Assembly: GCF_021028975.2 (NCBI RefSeq)
Contig: NC_059425.1
Coordinates: 22,506,001 to 22,570,000 of the forward strand
Source: Sphaerodactylus townsendi
Taxonomy: Eukaryota
DNA: 64,000 nt
Direction of reading: 5' to 3'
The translations under genes were made by a program, and so were the position numbers. Positions 12,100 to 25,118 of the stretch are shown piece by piece. Every line of letters starts with the position of its first letter. Within the stretch, counting starts at the first letter, position 1. The notes under the pieces were generated by a model. That model made no database searches, had not been told where the DNA came from, and saw nothing but the letters and a program-made list of their open reading frames with translations.

Positions 12100-15000
12100 T
12101 CATGCAGAAATCTCTAAAGTGCAGATCTCTGGGCAGGGTGTCCTGCCATCAGCCCCAAAACCCCCAACGAGGTAGAGCTTGTCATTCCAAAGGCAGGTGC
12201 GATGGCCAACTCTCTTCTGGGCTCGATTGGAACTGGGGAAGTGGTACCAGGTTGCTGGTGAAGACCCTAGATGTGTAGACAATAAAAGGAAGAGTTGGTT
12301 TTCATGCCCCGCTTTTCTCAACCTTAAGGAGTCTCAAAGTGGTTTACAATCTCTTTCCCCTCCCCACAATAGACACCTTGTGAAATAGGTAGGGCTGAGA
12401 GAATTTTGAGAAAACTGATTGCCCTAAAGCATAGGTGTCAAACTCGTGGCCCTCCAGATGTTGTGGACTACAGTTCCCATCATCCCCTGCCAGCATGATG
12501 CTGACAGGGGATGATGGGAACTGTAGTCCATAACATCTGGAGGGCCATGAGTTTGACACCTGTGCAGTCACCAAGTAGGCTTCATGTGGAGGAGTGGGGA
12601 ATCCAATCTGGTTTTCTAGAGTCTGCCCCTCTTAACTGATATACCATGCTGGCGTGCAGTGGCACCTTTGGGATTCATGAATGAGTACCACCGTTCCTAC
12701 TCTTATTTCCCTGCCTAGCTGGCTTTAAAAGCAACTTCTGGGTGAAGACGCTAGAAGTGTGGGGAGGGGCGATCGAAACTATGTTGGCATATCCAGTTGT
12801 TTGTGCCTCTATGCAGAAAGCAACCCACAGAGGTGGATTTGGGGGGAATGTATACCTCACCTTTCTCTCCTGTAAGGAGACTCAGGGTGGCTTACAAGCT
12901 CCTTTCCCTTCCTCTCCCCACAACAGACACCTTGTGAGGCAAGTGTGGCTGAGAGAGATCGGAGAGAACTGTGACTAGCCCAAGGTCACCCAGCAGGAAT
13001 GTAGGAGTGCAGAAACATCTGGTTCAGCAGATAAGCATCCGCCACTCAGGTGGAGGGGTGGGGAGTCAAACCCAGTTCTCCAGATTAGAATCCGTCTGCT
13101 CTTCACCACTACACCACGCTGGCTCTCAGTCTATTTGAGGGACTGTCATTCTCATTTGGCTCTTAAAAACAATGGGCAGCTGTTAAGTTGGGGATGCGTG
13201 GAGAATCTCTTTTGAAACTGGAATCTGAGAAACTGTTCGCAATATGGAGGCACATGGACTGTTGTTGAGTGTGAGGGAAGGCCTCGCATCCCGTTGGACC
13301 ATGCTGTTCGGAGCCTGCCTGCTACAGAATCTGCTATGTTTCTACAGCGTCTGTGGTGACAGACCCGTGAGAAAAGTACCTACTGGGAAAAATAAATTAG
13401 CAGCATTCATTCCTTGTCAGGGATTTTGCAATCACCTTTTTGGGAATTATGAGAGGCACTTGGGACACCCTGTGGCCACAGGCACTGAATGTGCCTCCTC
13501 TGTTGTAGCAGAAGATCCCTGGTTCAGTCCCCAGCATCTCCAGTTAAAAAGGAATCAGGAAGTTATCTGATGGAAAAGATCTCTGAATGAGACCCTGGAC
13601 AGCCACTACGAGACTGAGAAGACAATACCGACCCAGAAGGACCGATGGTTTGTTTCAGTATATAACAGCCCAATCTAGGGGCTGCAGAATCTGGGGATGG
13701 CACTGCTGCTGTACCAGAGGCCTTCCAAGCAGTGTGGGAAGACAGCAAAAAAGTGGAGAATCCCTGGCCACCTGAAAAGCCCCCACTGGCAAAAATAGAC
13801 TTGCACCACCCTTTTGGGTGGCATAAGTCAAAGGCCTGCACCAAGGGCATTCCTGGCCAGAAAACGTGGTGGAAGCCAACTAAGGACTCCGCTAGCTCAC
13901 CCTCAGCTGCGCTGGCCTGCTCAGTTACGCAGGTGTGGCTCTGGGGCAGGCACTTATGCCAGAAGGGTTGGCAAACACGCCAGTGCGAGCTCGCACCGTT
14001 TACAGATCATGCTTCGTTTACTCTCTCACTCTCACACACACTCTCTCTCTCTCTCTCACACACACACTCTCTCTCTCTCACTCACTCTGGATTGGACTGT
14101 AAAACAGCTTTGTGTGAGATGCTTTGAAAGAACAAACCCTCTCTTACGTGTATCATGGACATAGAGGTCATTGCAAACAGCATCCCTGCCTTTGGATAAG
14201 GTCTCCCCTCCGAAGATGATGGCAAAAGGCCCCACCACAGTGCAGGACTGGTGCCGCAAGCCTTTGGGTGCCTGCCGGGTTCCCTTTTCGGTGCTGACCA
14301 AGCGACCAATCTGTTCTGTCAGCTCAGGAGCGTGGACCGAATCAACCTGAGGAAGAAAAAGGGGTGGGAAACCTATGAGGAAGCAGCTTCAGAGGTCTGT
14401 ATGATCATATACCAGTGGTGGCGAACGTTTTCGAGACCGAGTGCCCAAATTGCAACCCAAAACCCACTTATTTATCACGAAGTGCCAACACGGAAATTTA
14501 GCCTGAATACTGAGGTTTTAGTTTAGAAAAAACAGTTGGCTTCAAGGCGTGCGTTACTCGGGAGTAAGCTTGGTGGTAGTCATTGGCTTTGCTTTGCTTT
14601 GCAACTCTTCAAACGGGTGAATCATGATCCTAGGAGGGTTTACTCAGAAGCAAGCCCCATTGCCAGCAACCGAGCTTACTCCCAGGTAAAGGATCGTGCT
14701 TTAGTTCTTCGCATGAAAATCAGAGGGGTTTAACAGTGCTTAACAGGGTTACCTACACTGCTTTCCCACAACTAGGTCTTAGGTTTAATGCTAATAATCG
14801 AGCCCAGCAGCCCAGGCCAGCCTCGATGTGTGGGGGAGGACTCTGTTTGCGCGTGCCCACAGAGAGGGCTCTGAGTGCCACCTCTGGCACCCGTGCCATA
14901 GGTTCGCCACCACTGTCATATACTTTTAATTCTAAACTCACTCACAGCCCTAAAGGCCTCTAACAGGTGTGGTAGTGGAAAGAGAAGCCAAATGGGTTAA

Positions 15001-17756
15001 GAAGAAGAGTTGGTTTTTATACCCTACTTTTCTCTACCTTAAGGAGTTTCCGAGTGGCTTACAATCGCCTTCCCTCCCCCTCCCCACAACAGACGCCTTG
15101 TGAGATAGGTGGGGCTGAGACCACTGTGGCTGGCCCAAGGTCACCCAGCAGGCTTCATGTGGAGGAGAGGAGAATCAAACCTGGTTCACCAGATTAGAGT
15201 CTGCTGCTCATGTGGAGAAGTGGGGAATCATACCTGGTTTTCCAGACTACAGTCTGCCATCTTAACCACTGCACCACACTGAAAGGAACAGGATGGGAGG
15301 AGTTGCTAGAGAAAGTCTTTAAGTGGGATGCCGTGGGGCAGGCATGGACCTAAAACACATGGACCTAAACTTCACATATTCATTTGAACTGTTATTTATG
15401 CTCCAACTCTTTCTCTTGATGAGTGACGGTCCATGACTTCTGGCATTTGTCCTTGTTAAGGGACAGTCCTTTTTGCCCTTGTTTCTCTCTTCAGGGTGGA
15501 ATGCATTACTAGCTTGGTCATTCTTCAGGACCCAGCTAGAGCCAGTGTGGCATAGTGGTTAAGAGCAAGTGGATTCTAATCTGGAGAACCGGGTTTGATT
15601 CCCCACTCCTCCACCTGAGTAGCAGAGGCTGATCTGGTGAACCAGATGTGTTTCCCCACTCCTACATTCCTGCTGGGTGATCTTGGGCTAGTCACAGTTC
15701 CTCAAAACTCTCTCAGCCCCACCTGCCTCACAAGGTGTCTGTTGCGGGGAGAGGAAGGGAAAGGAGCTTGTAAGCCACCTTGAGTCTCCTAACAGGAGAG
15801 AAAGTTGGGGTATAAATCAGTGGTGGGATTCAAATAATTTAACAATTGGTTGTTTACAAGTACCATTTAAACAACCAGTTCTGCCAAAGTGGTGTAAATC
15901 TGCTGAATCCCACCACTGGTATAAATCCAAACTCTTCTTCTTCCTCTAGAATCTCTGGCTCTTGGGAGTGTGGAGTGGATTCACCATTTCTGACATCTAG
16001 AATAATAATAATTTGGATTTAAACCCCCCTTTCTCTCCTGTAACGAGACTCAAAGGGGCTTATAATCTTCTTTCCCTTCTCTCCCCCCCCCCACAACAAA
16101 CACCCTGTGAGGTGGGTGGGGCTGAGAGAGCTCAGAAGAACTGTGACTAGCCCAAGGTCACCCAGCTGGCATCTGAGGGAATGCACAGGCTAATCTGAAT
16201 TCCCCAGATAAGCCTCCACAGCTCAAGTGGCAGAGCAGGGAATCAAACCCGGTTCCTCCAGATTAGAATGCACCTGCTCTTAACCACTACACCACTGCTG
16301 CTCCTAGGCATGCACATGAGCAGGAAGATGCCCTGCAGCGCACAGGCTGCCAACGCACACTACACAACTGCTAAGGTCTGTTTTGAAAACAGATCCTGTC
16401 TTGTACAGCAACAATGACAGTATTTCTTTAAACAAACCTTCCCAGCTCCAGTGAAAAATGTTAACTGGAGAATAAATGAATATGGCAAACAGAAAGCATA
16501 GTGATGGTTGGCATGAGAACAGAGATCTTGCGAGAAAGTCTTTTCCTATGTTTGAGGGTATACTACCAGCCAGGAATGTAGCTTTAGCTCTCTCATTTCA
16601 AGGTCCAAATTCAACTGTTATCATCAAGACAACTTCCACCCTCACCTCCAGCCAAGACTGCGGGGGTAATGGCTGCTACCCTGTAGCTCTTTTCTCCTCA
16701 GAGTGCTACAGCCAGCAAGCAACTGGCAAGACTCCTTTGGAGTGGAAAAGGAAAACTTAAAGGGGGAACCACCTCCGGTTCCCCATATGCACCTGAATTT
16801 GTCTATTCAAGCCAAATCTAAGCACTAGATTTATCCAGGAACCCCCCTCCCCTTGAACACACACATACACTCACATGGATTTTCCCTTTCCCCCACTGTC
16901 CAGCCACATCAAAGTCAGCAGAGTCGCGTCCGCCAAACACCACGAGTTTGTAGCCTCTGCTCTTTCCTCCAGAGCTGGTCTCGTGTAGTAGCATTGCAGA
17001 GTGGCCAGCCCGTGAAGATGTGCGAGATGCTTCTTCCCTGTATCTAGCAAGTAGAGTGACATACAAAGATTCCTCAGTGTAAGCCCCATCAGCTGCCATG
17101 TCCCCCCTCCCCTCACCAGCGGCAGGTTTATAACTTGGGGAGGCGATTTTATTGGTTTTGTTCACACTATTATAATTCACGTCAGAAGCAGCCTTGGATG
17201 TGTTTTACCGAGTAACGGGATAAACTGCTTATAAGCACATTACATACGAGTAGGTCTTGGTGTCAGGGTTCATGCGCAATGTGTAGATGCTGGAGTAGCG
17301 CCTCTGTGTGCGCAGCCCGCCTTCACGGCCCACCACTCGCACCTCATGGTCCGACAGCTTGGTACAGGTGTGGCTGCTCAACCCCACAGGGGGGTCGTTG
17401 GAGGATCCCTCGGTCCAGCGTTCCCACTGCGCCTGCTCAGCATCAAAGCCGCACACATCTGACACTCTTCGGGAGCCATCCCAGCCTCCCACCACGCAGA
17501 GCCAGCGATCAGCTAGGACCACAGCCTCATGGTGACTGCGGTGGTATCCGCATTCAGGAACAATTGTTTGAACTGTCTGGAGAGATGGGTCAAAGGCCAC
17601 TACATCTCCCAGGGGTGACTCCTGGCTGTCTAGTGACTTCAGTCCTCCAAAGATCAAGAGCTTTCCTTGCACCACATTGCATGAATGGAAACCCCGCGCC
17701 ACGAGGTTACTGCAGGCAACTGGATTCCACTTCCAGTTGCTGCTGGCAGCCGTCAT
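12100..17756 (-). CDS. KLHDC9: Kelch domain-containing protein 9, complete, 347 aa from the ATG at 17756
   Basis: Exons (minus) 17248-17756, 16875-17043, 14148-14346, 12100-12266 (1044 nt), GT-AG. Kelch GG motifs (LLIFGG, CVVGGWDG, VVFGG, IIFGGET, YLVGGFG); GLSSHTCT, REGGLRTQRRY and GHRTCLWNDKLYLVGGFG match KLHDC9; tail-to-tail with PFDN2 as in human. Confidence 0.95.
12838..13127 (-). mobile_element. tRNA-derived SINE, same family
   Basis: Shared body sequence; further copies at about 12292-12650, 15001-15281, 52409-52610 and 61118-61398. Confidence 0.8.
14020..14087. repeat. Compound (CT)n/(CA)n microsatellite
   Basis: Direct reading, KLHDC9 intron 3. Confidence 0.9.
14413..14915 (-). mobile_element. 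Non-autonomous hAT DNA transposon (about 500 bp family)
   Basis: TIRs CAGTGGTGGCGAAC / GTTCGCCACCACTG; perfect 8-bp TSD TCATATAC. Confidence 0.9.
15538..15943 (+). mobile_element. tRNA-derived SINE with L2-type tail (abundant squamate family)
   Basis: A-box TGGCATAGTGG and B-box-like GGTTTGATTCC head, gggtgaccttgggctagtcac core, (CTT)n tail. Confidence 0.85.
15818..15918. mobile_element. MITE (TIR CAGTGGTGGGATTCA) inserted in a SINE
   Basis: 8-bp TSD GTATAAAT; related copies at about 20020-20110, 20180-20570, 27605-27738, 35833-35958 and 56093-56481. Confidence 0.85.
16002..16304 (-). mobile_element. tRNA-derived SINE, same family
   Basis: Full-length reverse-complement copy. Confidence 0.85.
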
Positions 17757-19092
17757 ACCAGATCTGACCTGCAGGAGGCAGAGGTACCATGTTAGATTGC
17801 AAACAGTGGACTGAAATTGACCAACAAAGGAGAAAGTACAGAAGCAGAAATACTTACTTTTCTCAGGGTAAGGCATTCACAAAAGTGTGAGCAAGATTTC
17901 AAATTCACTAGAAAGATTCATTGGGCTGTTTGTTAAATGTCGAGCCTTCATTGTTAGTTTCACAAATGAAGCCCAGGCCAGTTTGTAATACTTCTGTTCT
18001 CATACCAACGACCACGGCCTGAGCGCCCTCTGCTTTACAAATTGCTTTCATTTATCCCCCACCCCCGCATCTTCTCGTAGAACATTCCATAAGGTGTAAT
18101 AGCTGGGTAATGGGGTGGAGAAGGTTTGAAAAGTGAACCTTGCTATGAAAATCAGGGGGTACTTTCATCTAGGAAATGCTGGAGGGTTTAGCAGACTGCG
18201 ATCTCTCGTGCCACCCTTGCAGCAGATGAGACTACTGCAAATCCATTCCATCACATCCAGAAAAGCCTTTTTGAAGTGAATCTTAGTTGTGATAATCATA
18301 TCGCACTTCTTATAAATGCAGAGTTTGCGCAATGAAGAGGCAGAGGCAGTTGCTTACTGTAAAATAAAGTTTACTAACTATAAAAGAAGGGAAGGGTAAA
18401 CTTGGATACAAAACAAGAAAATATTTTTCTAACTGGCTAGCTCCATTAGCTAGCTTCTGCTTGGCTATCACACGGCTAATAAGCTACTAGAGAGCATGTG
18501 CAGAGAGAGAACAAAGGATATATACCTACTGCCTACATGCAAACCTGCATGTATCTCATGCCGGTCTGCTTGACCAACAGGGGTCAATTACCTGGTCAAC
18601 TGACTTCTGACCTCACTGACTAATTAGCATGCACAACATTAACTCCTTCAATACTGGATTGTGTGACTGGCACTTGCCAAATACCAACACTTCCCCTCCT
18701 GCCATTTGTCGTTTTGCTCAACATTTCCCCAGCGTTCTAATGAAAGTCGGCCTACCTCTGTCTTAATAAACAGCCTCTGTGGGCACAAACTGACTATTTA
18801 AGGTCCCCAAAAATGTCCTCTTTCTACAACAGCCATATGGCTGGCACCTCCAGCTGAGTCCTGGGGAATTACATCTGATCTCTAGACTATAGAGATCACT
18901 TTCCCTGGAGGATATGGCTATTTTGGTGAGTGAGTTGTATGGTATCATACCCCACTGAGACCCTTCCCTTCCCAAATCCCACCCAAATCTCCAGACATCT
19001 TCCAACCCAGAACTGGCAACCCTGCAGCAACCATCCCTGCTCTCCTTTCCTTTCAACCTCAGCCTGTAAGAGGGAAATACAATAGTCTAATG

Positions 19093-19598
19093 CAGTGATG
19101 GCGAACCTATGGCACGGGTGCCAGAGGTGGCACTCAGAGCCCTCTCTGTGGGCACATGCAGAGTCACCCTCCCCCCCACATCTAGGCTGGCCTGGGCCGC
19201 TGGGCTCGATTATTAGCATTAAACCTAAGACCTAGTTTTGGGGAAGCAGTGTAGGTAACCCTGTTAAGCGCTGTTAAAGCCCACTGATTTTCCTGCGAAG
19301 AACTAAAGTGCGATCCTTTACCTGGGAGTAAGCTCAGTTGCTGGCAATGGGGCTTGCTTCTAAGAAAACCCTCCTAGGGTCACGATTCACCAGTTGGAAG
19401 TTGCACAGTTGCTTCAAAGCAAAGCCACCAACTACCACCAAGCTTACTCTCGAGTAACACACACGTCTGAGCCAACATTTTTTTCTAAATTGAAACCTCA
19501 ATATTCAGGTTACATTGCCATATTGGCACTTTGCGATAAATAAGTGTGTTTTGGGTTGCAATTCGGGCACTCGGTCTCAAAAAGGTTCGCTATCACTG
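19093..19598 (+). mobile_element. Non-autonomous hAT transposon, same family
   Basis: Same TIRs and internal sequence; 8-bp TSD GTCTAATG. Confidence 0.9.
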
Positions 19599-21547
19599 GT
19601 CTAATGAAACATAGAAGACAGAGCTCCTCTCCCCTTCATAACTATGTAGAAGAGGGACTTTTGGTTTCTACCATTGCTCCCCATTTTCTGCAGAGGGTCA
19701 TGACAGCCTGCATCTTTCAGAAACCTCTATACAGTTGTTACAGGCACAGAAGACAAGTTCCCCTCTACCATCAGTTCAAACAGTGGTAGAGCAAGAAGGT
19801 CGCAGGTTCAATCCCCAGCATCTCCATTATATGGATCAGGTAATAGATGACACAAAGGATCCTGGAGTGTAGCAGCTGACAGTCAGAGAAGAATACTGCC
19901 CTTGATGGGCCAAGGGTGTGACTCGGAATGAAGCAGCTTTGATGTTCCACTGTTGGTATTGATTGCTGTTCAGGAATTATTATATAGGTAGATTCCACAC
20001 AGGCCAAATATAATGGGTGCAGTGGTGGGATTCAAATAACTTAACAACCGATTCTGGTGGTGGGAACCGGTTCTGCTGAAGTGGTGCGAACCTGCTGAAT
20101 CCCACCACTGAATGGGTGTAGGATGTTATATAAACCGGTTGTGGTGGGTTTTCCAGGCTGTTATATAAACCATTTGGAGCAGTGGTGGGATCCAAAAATT
20201 TTAGTAACAGGTTCCCATGGTGGTGGGATTCAAACTGTGGCGTAGTGCCAATGGGGCTGGGTGTGGCACGACGGGGGTGTGGCCGGGCATTCCAGGGGCG
20301 GGGCATTCCTGGTCGGGGCTGTGGCAAGGACGCAGTTGCTGCGCCGGTCCTTAGGCGGGAAACAAATGCATGCAGGCGCAGGCTGCCACACACGCCAGTG
20401 ACCTCCTGCTAGACTGCTTCAAGTTCTGCACGCTACTGCTGAGAGGAGGGGTGTAACTAAGGCAAAAATCACGTGGCAAAATCACCAATTAGTAACCCCC
20501 TCTCGGCACACACAAATAATTAGTAACCTACTCTTGGGAACCTGTGAGAACCTCCTGGATCCCCCCTCTGGTTTGGAGGTGGGACTTTGCACAGGTCCCG
20601 TTCCCAAAATGAGTTTGGCCTGTTTTCATTTCCCTCTCCCCAGGATTTTTGAAAATTGCTAAACCAGAGATCCTTTTGCATATTCATGAGTTGGAGGCGC
20701 TCGCATGCGGACATAACTGGCAGGAGTCACTCCCTCCCTTCCACCCATTCACTGCACCATTCGCTGTCAGGGAGAATCCGCCCACTCACCATTCTGTGCA
20801 GGTTGCCCAGCACGTTAGGGGCAGATTCTCTAAGCACCTGACATTGTACAAAGTCTCCCAAGCACGTTTTCTCCCTGCGGTAGCGAGTAAGACCGCCATT
20901 TAGATCTATAGCAACACATTCCTTATTGCCCAGCCATTGCAGGGAGGTCCCTTTTTCTTTGTGTGTGTATGTGTTGCACATTCGCAGCTGCGCAGGCGCA
21001 GCTGATCGAATTGTGGGACAATAAGCATGGCTGTGGGGGTCCATTCCTGTATGCCTGCGCAGCCAAGCATGTGTTGCAGGGAATTTTTAAAAAGAGAAGC
21101 GTCTCTGTGCAAAAGCACAAAAGCAACCCAACACATGCAAACGGGAAAAAGGACAATGGGTTCCTTTATAACGACTGCAAACCATTATACACCTGCTGTG
21201 TGGAATCCACCATAGTGAATTTGAATATATCTACTACAATTGTTGGCACTGCCTCTGGCCGTTCCGTATAATAAAGCTTACTACCACAATGGGGTATAAT
21301 TAATGATTTAATTTTATTAAATCTGGCAGCATCTCTGCCTGCCTCAAAGGAGCCGCGCCGATCATACAAATGTCACAGATCTTATAAGGTAGAAACAGCT
21401 GATACACCATAAATGTTGCAAAGCCAAACCCTGTCAATACATGACGTTTCAATATTCTCATCATTGTTAATTATGGCGATACATTGTTAAATAGCATTCT
21501 TAAGAATATAGTTTCTCACATGGCTTGACTTGTACCTAGGAGCACGG

Positions 21548-21549
21548 CT

Positions 21550-21633
<84 letters not shown>

Positions 21634-23045
21634 TTTATAGGCCGCCTCATCCCCGAAGAGCTCGAGGCGGCTCACAACATAACTGTTTCCAGAACAGTAA
21701 ATCAATATAACATAAAAATCTACCTCACTAAAATTCAGCAGCAATTAAAACAAGAAATACAGATTAAACAATAAGGTTGTGTAAAAACACACACACAGGT
21801 GCCCGGTCTAAAGGCCAAAGGAGAAGGGAGGAGAGGCAGGGCCCAGGATGGAATCAGGGCCCTACCAGGATGGAAAAGGCAGCTTAGTTCCGGTTTCAGT
21901 GGGGGGCAATAGAACTGCAGCCAGCCCCTCCAAAAGCCCGGTGGAATAGCTCCGTCTTACAGGCCCTGCGGAATTCACCAAGGTCCTGCAGGGCCCGGAC
22001 AGCTGGAGGTAGAGCATTCCACCAGGCAGGGGCCAGAGCCGTAAAGGCCCTGGCCCGGGTCGAGGCCAGCCACATCGTCGCAGGGCCAGGGATCACCAGC
22101 AGTTCTGCTGCAGTTGACCGCAGCGGCCTATGTGGGATATAAGGGGTGATGCGGTCCCGTAGGTATGAGGGCCCCATGCCGCGTAAGGCCTTAAAGGTCA
22201 ATACCAACACCTTGAAAACGATCCGGAACTCCACTGGGAGCCAGTGCAGGCGGCATAGCACAGGGGTGATATGATCTAGATCAGGGGTAGGGAACCTGCG
22301 GCTCTCCAGATGTTCAGGAACTACATTTCCCATCAGCCTCTGTCAGCATGGCCAATTGGCCATGCAGGTAGGGGCTGATGGGAATTGTAGTTCCTGAACA
22401 TCTGGAGTCGCAGGTTCCCTACCCTCTAGATAATCAGTCAACGGACGCCGCATTCTGGATCAGCTTCAGCCTTCGGATCAGTCTCAAGGGAAGGCCTGCG
22501 TGGAAGCGAGGTTACAGTAATCCAACCTCGAGGTGACCGTCGCATGGATCACAGTGGCCAGGTCGGACTGGGAGAGATAGGGGAGCCAGCCGTGTCTGGC
22601 GAAGATGAAAAAATGCAACCGAATTGCGTGGGTACCTGGGCCTCCATTGATAATGAAGAGGTCAGGCGGACCCCAGGCTACAAGCCAGGGACATCGGGGA
22701 ACCAACCCCCCCTCCAAAACAGTGGCTGGAATTCCCTCGGTCTCTCCCCCCGGCCCAGCCAGAGGACCTCCGTCTTTGTTGGATTAAGTTTTAACCTACT
22801 CTGCCTCAACCAACCAGCGACTGACTCCAACCAGCGACCGACTCCAAACAGTGCTCCAAACAGGGCCGCCCCCCTCTCCATCAACAGAATGAGCTGGGTG
22901 TCATCCGCATATTGGTGACAAACCAGCCCCAAACTCCGCACCAGCTGAGCAAGGGGTCACATGTAGATGTTAAATAAAAGCGGGGAGAGCAAGGCCCCCT
23001 GAGGGACCCCACAACTAAGTGGGGCCCTATGGGAAGCCTCATCCC
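21548..23045 (-). mobile_element. L2-clade LINE, 5'-truncated and degenerate, with (TAAA)n tail
   Basis: Fragmented RT ORF with QYADDTQL, LKLNPTKTE, VTSRLDYCN, HITPVLCRLHWLPVEFRIVFK, APAWWNALP; tail seen as (TTTA)n at 21548-21635; interrupted by a MITE at 22282. Confidence 0.9.
22282..22424. mobile_element. Palindromic hAT MITE nested in L2
   Basis: Same as 37932-38079; TCTAGAT duplication on both sides. Confidence 0.85.
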
Positions 23046-24419
23046 CGCACCACACCTGCTGACCCCGACCCAGGGGCGGCCCCGTTTCCCGCCCATCCCG
23101 GTTTACAAAGGTGACCATCTGGTCACCTTAAGCTAGTTGCTAAGTGAAAGTATCTTTTCTTTGGAATGTGGGAAGAAACAATAGAGGCTGTTTAGAAAGC
23201 AAAGTGCCTTTGCTATATTTCTGAGCAATGATTCTTAATACTAAAATGCCTTCAAGAAGACTTGCTTAAATTACATATCAGCATGCTTTAGCTGAAATGT
23301 TTAAATGCTTTATTTCTATTTTCTAATTTCTAGGTTTGTGCTTTTAGATATGCTTTATTTGAAGATATTATTTTCATGAGATTTGACTTGCATACAAGCA
23401 TAAGTTAGCTGAGTATTACAGCTAGTGCAACAAGTATCATTTTCTGGAATGCAGGAACACTGAATGCTTTCTCTTAACAAAGACACTTTTTTATGATTCT
23501 GTGCAATGACTTTAAGCTTTAACTAAAATCTTTTTCAGAGAGCTTGCTTGAGGCCTATATGATTTTACCTTAATTCGAAAACCTTAAATAATTCTATTGC
23601 TTATTATAAATCCTTAGAGCTGTGCTAACACAATCAGACCATCTGTTCTTGACGGTGGCCACACTTTCGGGAGACTGAAGTGAGGAGATGAATGTTACCC
23701 ATGCAGCATCCCACATTACTGCAATGCCACTTCTGGCTGCGTAACTGGAAGTGACGTCACCATTTCACAGGCTGCTCTAGGATTCTCCTGGAATAGTAGA
23801 GTTTCTGGAAAACCGTAGAGCACAGGTGTCAGCATGATGCTGGCAGGGGATTATGGGAACTGTAGTCCATAACATCTGGAGGGCCGCGAGTTTGACACCT
23901 ATGCCGTAGCGTAGAGCATCCCACAACACAGTGACATCATTTTTAGTAATTCAGTTTCAAGTGACGTTGCGGAGCTGTGGGACGCCATTTTATCCCTCCC
24001 ATTTTACTTTCACCACCCTATCCAGCAATGCTGGGGAACATAGGTTGATAGCAGGAGGTTGCCTCTCAAGCCCCCATCCTCTGGGATTCCCCCATGCCAG
24101 GCCTTCCTCTCCTCCTTAACTCCTCCCTGAGTATCTTACATTTGGAACTACACTGCCACTGAATCTTAGGCTTTCATTTATCTATTTCTGGTTTTTAAAG
24201 GGTCATTTCCCCTGCAAGAGTGATGTATTCTAGGCTGGGCTCTCAGCCAGCCTGCCTGCCTGCCTGCACTGACTGCATATCTACAAACCTGCATGGAGGC
24301 AGTGCTGTCATCCCCCCCCCCCCCCCCAATGTGTTGTGGAAATACTGCCTTCAATCAGAACAGGGTGTGGATATTTTTGTGTTATAAAAATACAAAACAT
24401 TAAATGAGGCCTACCTTAC

Positions 24420-24480
24420 CCGAGGAAACCACAGCAGAACCTGGTTACTCGGCAACCGGGAACCCATAGCAACCACACTG
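24420..24480 (-). promoter_or_regulatory. Candidate KLHDC9 first exon / promoter with RFX X-boxes
   Basis: Minus-strand donor CGG|GTAAGG (exon end 24420); X-box GTTACTCGGCAAC 24444-24456 and half-site CCATAGCAAC 24464-24473; the KLHDC9 ATG exon opens with an acceptor (ctcctgcag| 17768), so an upstream exon is expected. Confidence 0.5.
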
Positions 24481-25077
24481 ATGTGTCTTGACAACGGATT
24501 CTGCAGCTACAAATGCCGGCCCTGCCAGAAAGCATTTGCCTAGTGTGGTAAAGTTTACACTACAGGAACAAAAATAACCCATGGGTGGAGGGCTGGATGA
24601 TGGCCAGCATAGTAGCATCATGCAGAGTCCAGAATGCATTTGAAGCAGGCAGAGGAATAATAAACGGCAATACCAGAGACTGAAGAGGGGTGGCAGATGG
24701 AAGTTATAATAGCAAGCAGCGGGTGGGGTTGGTTCTCTTTGTAAAAACTTGCACCACAAATGGTGTCCCTGAGCTTGTACAGAGTCCCTTCCACTTCTGA
24801 GAGGGAAGAATTAAAACATAGAAACATTGATGTTAGGGCAAAAAGTGCCCTTAAGCATGTGTTCTCCTTGGCAGGCATTACAACTACTAAAGAACTTCTA
24901 AAAACAGAGAATATACAAGTGTGAGGGAATGTGTCCCTCACACTTATGGCTCAGATGTATTCTCAGCTGGGTTTAAGTTTTAGAATGAAGTGTGGACATT
25001 GATTAATTTTCTTCTCTTTTTAAAAAATATTGTGTTAGGTTTTTTTCTTTTTTCTTTTCCCCTTAATCCTCTCTATT

Positions 25078-25118
25078 ATGTTTGTTTGTTTGTTTGTTTG
25101 TTTGTTTGTTTGTTTGTT
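25078..25118. repeat. (TTTG)n microsatellite, tail of an L2 3' fragment (25078-25420, minus)
   Basis: Direct reading. Confidence 0.85.

Noticed and set aside
21896-23096. Reverse-transcriptase-like ORFs as a host gene or active element
   Set aside because: Frameshifted, truncated L2 fragment interrupted by a MITE.
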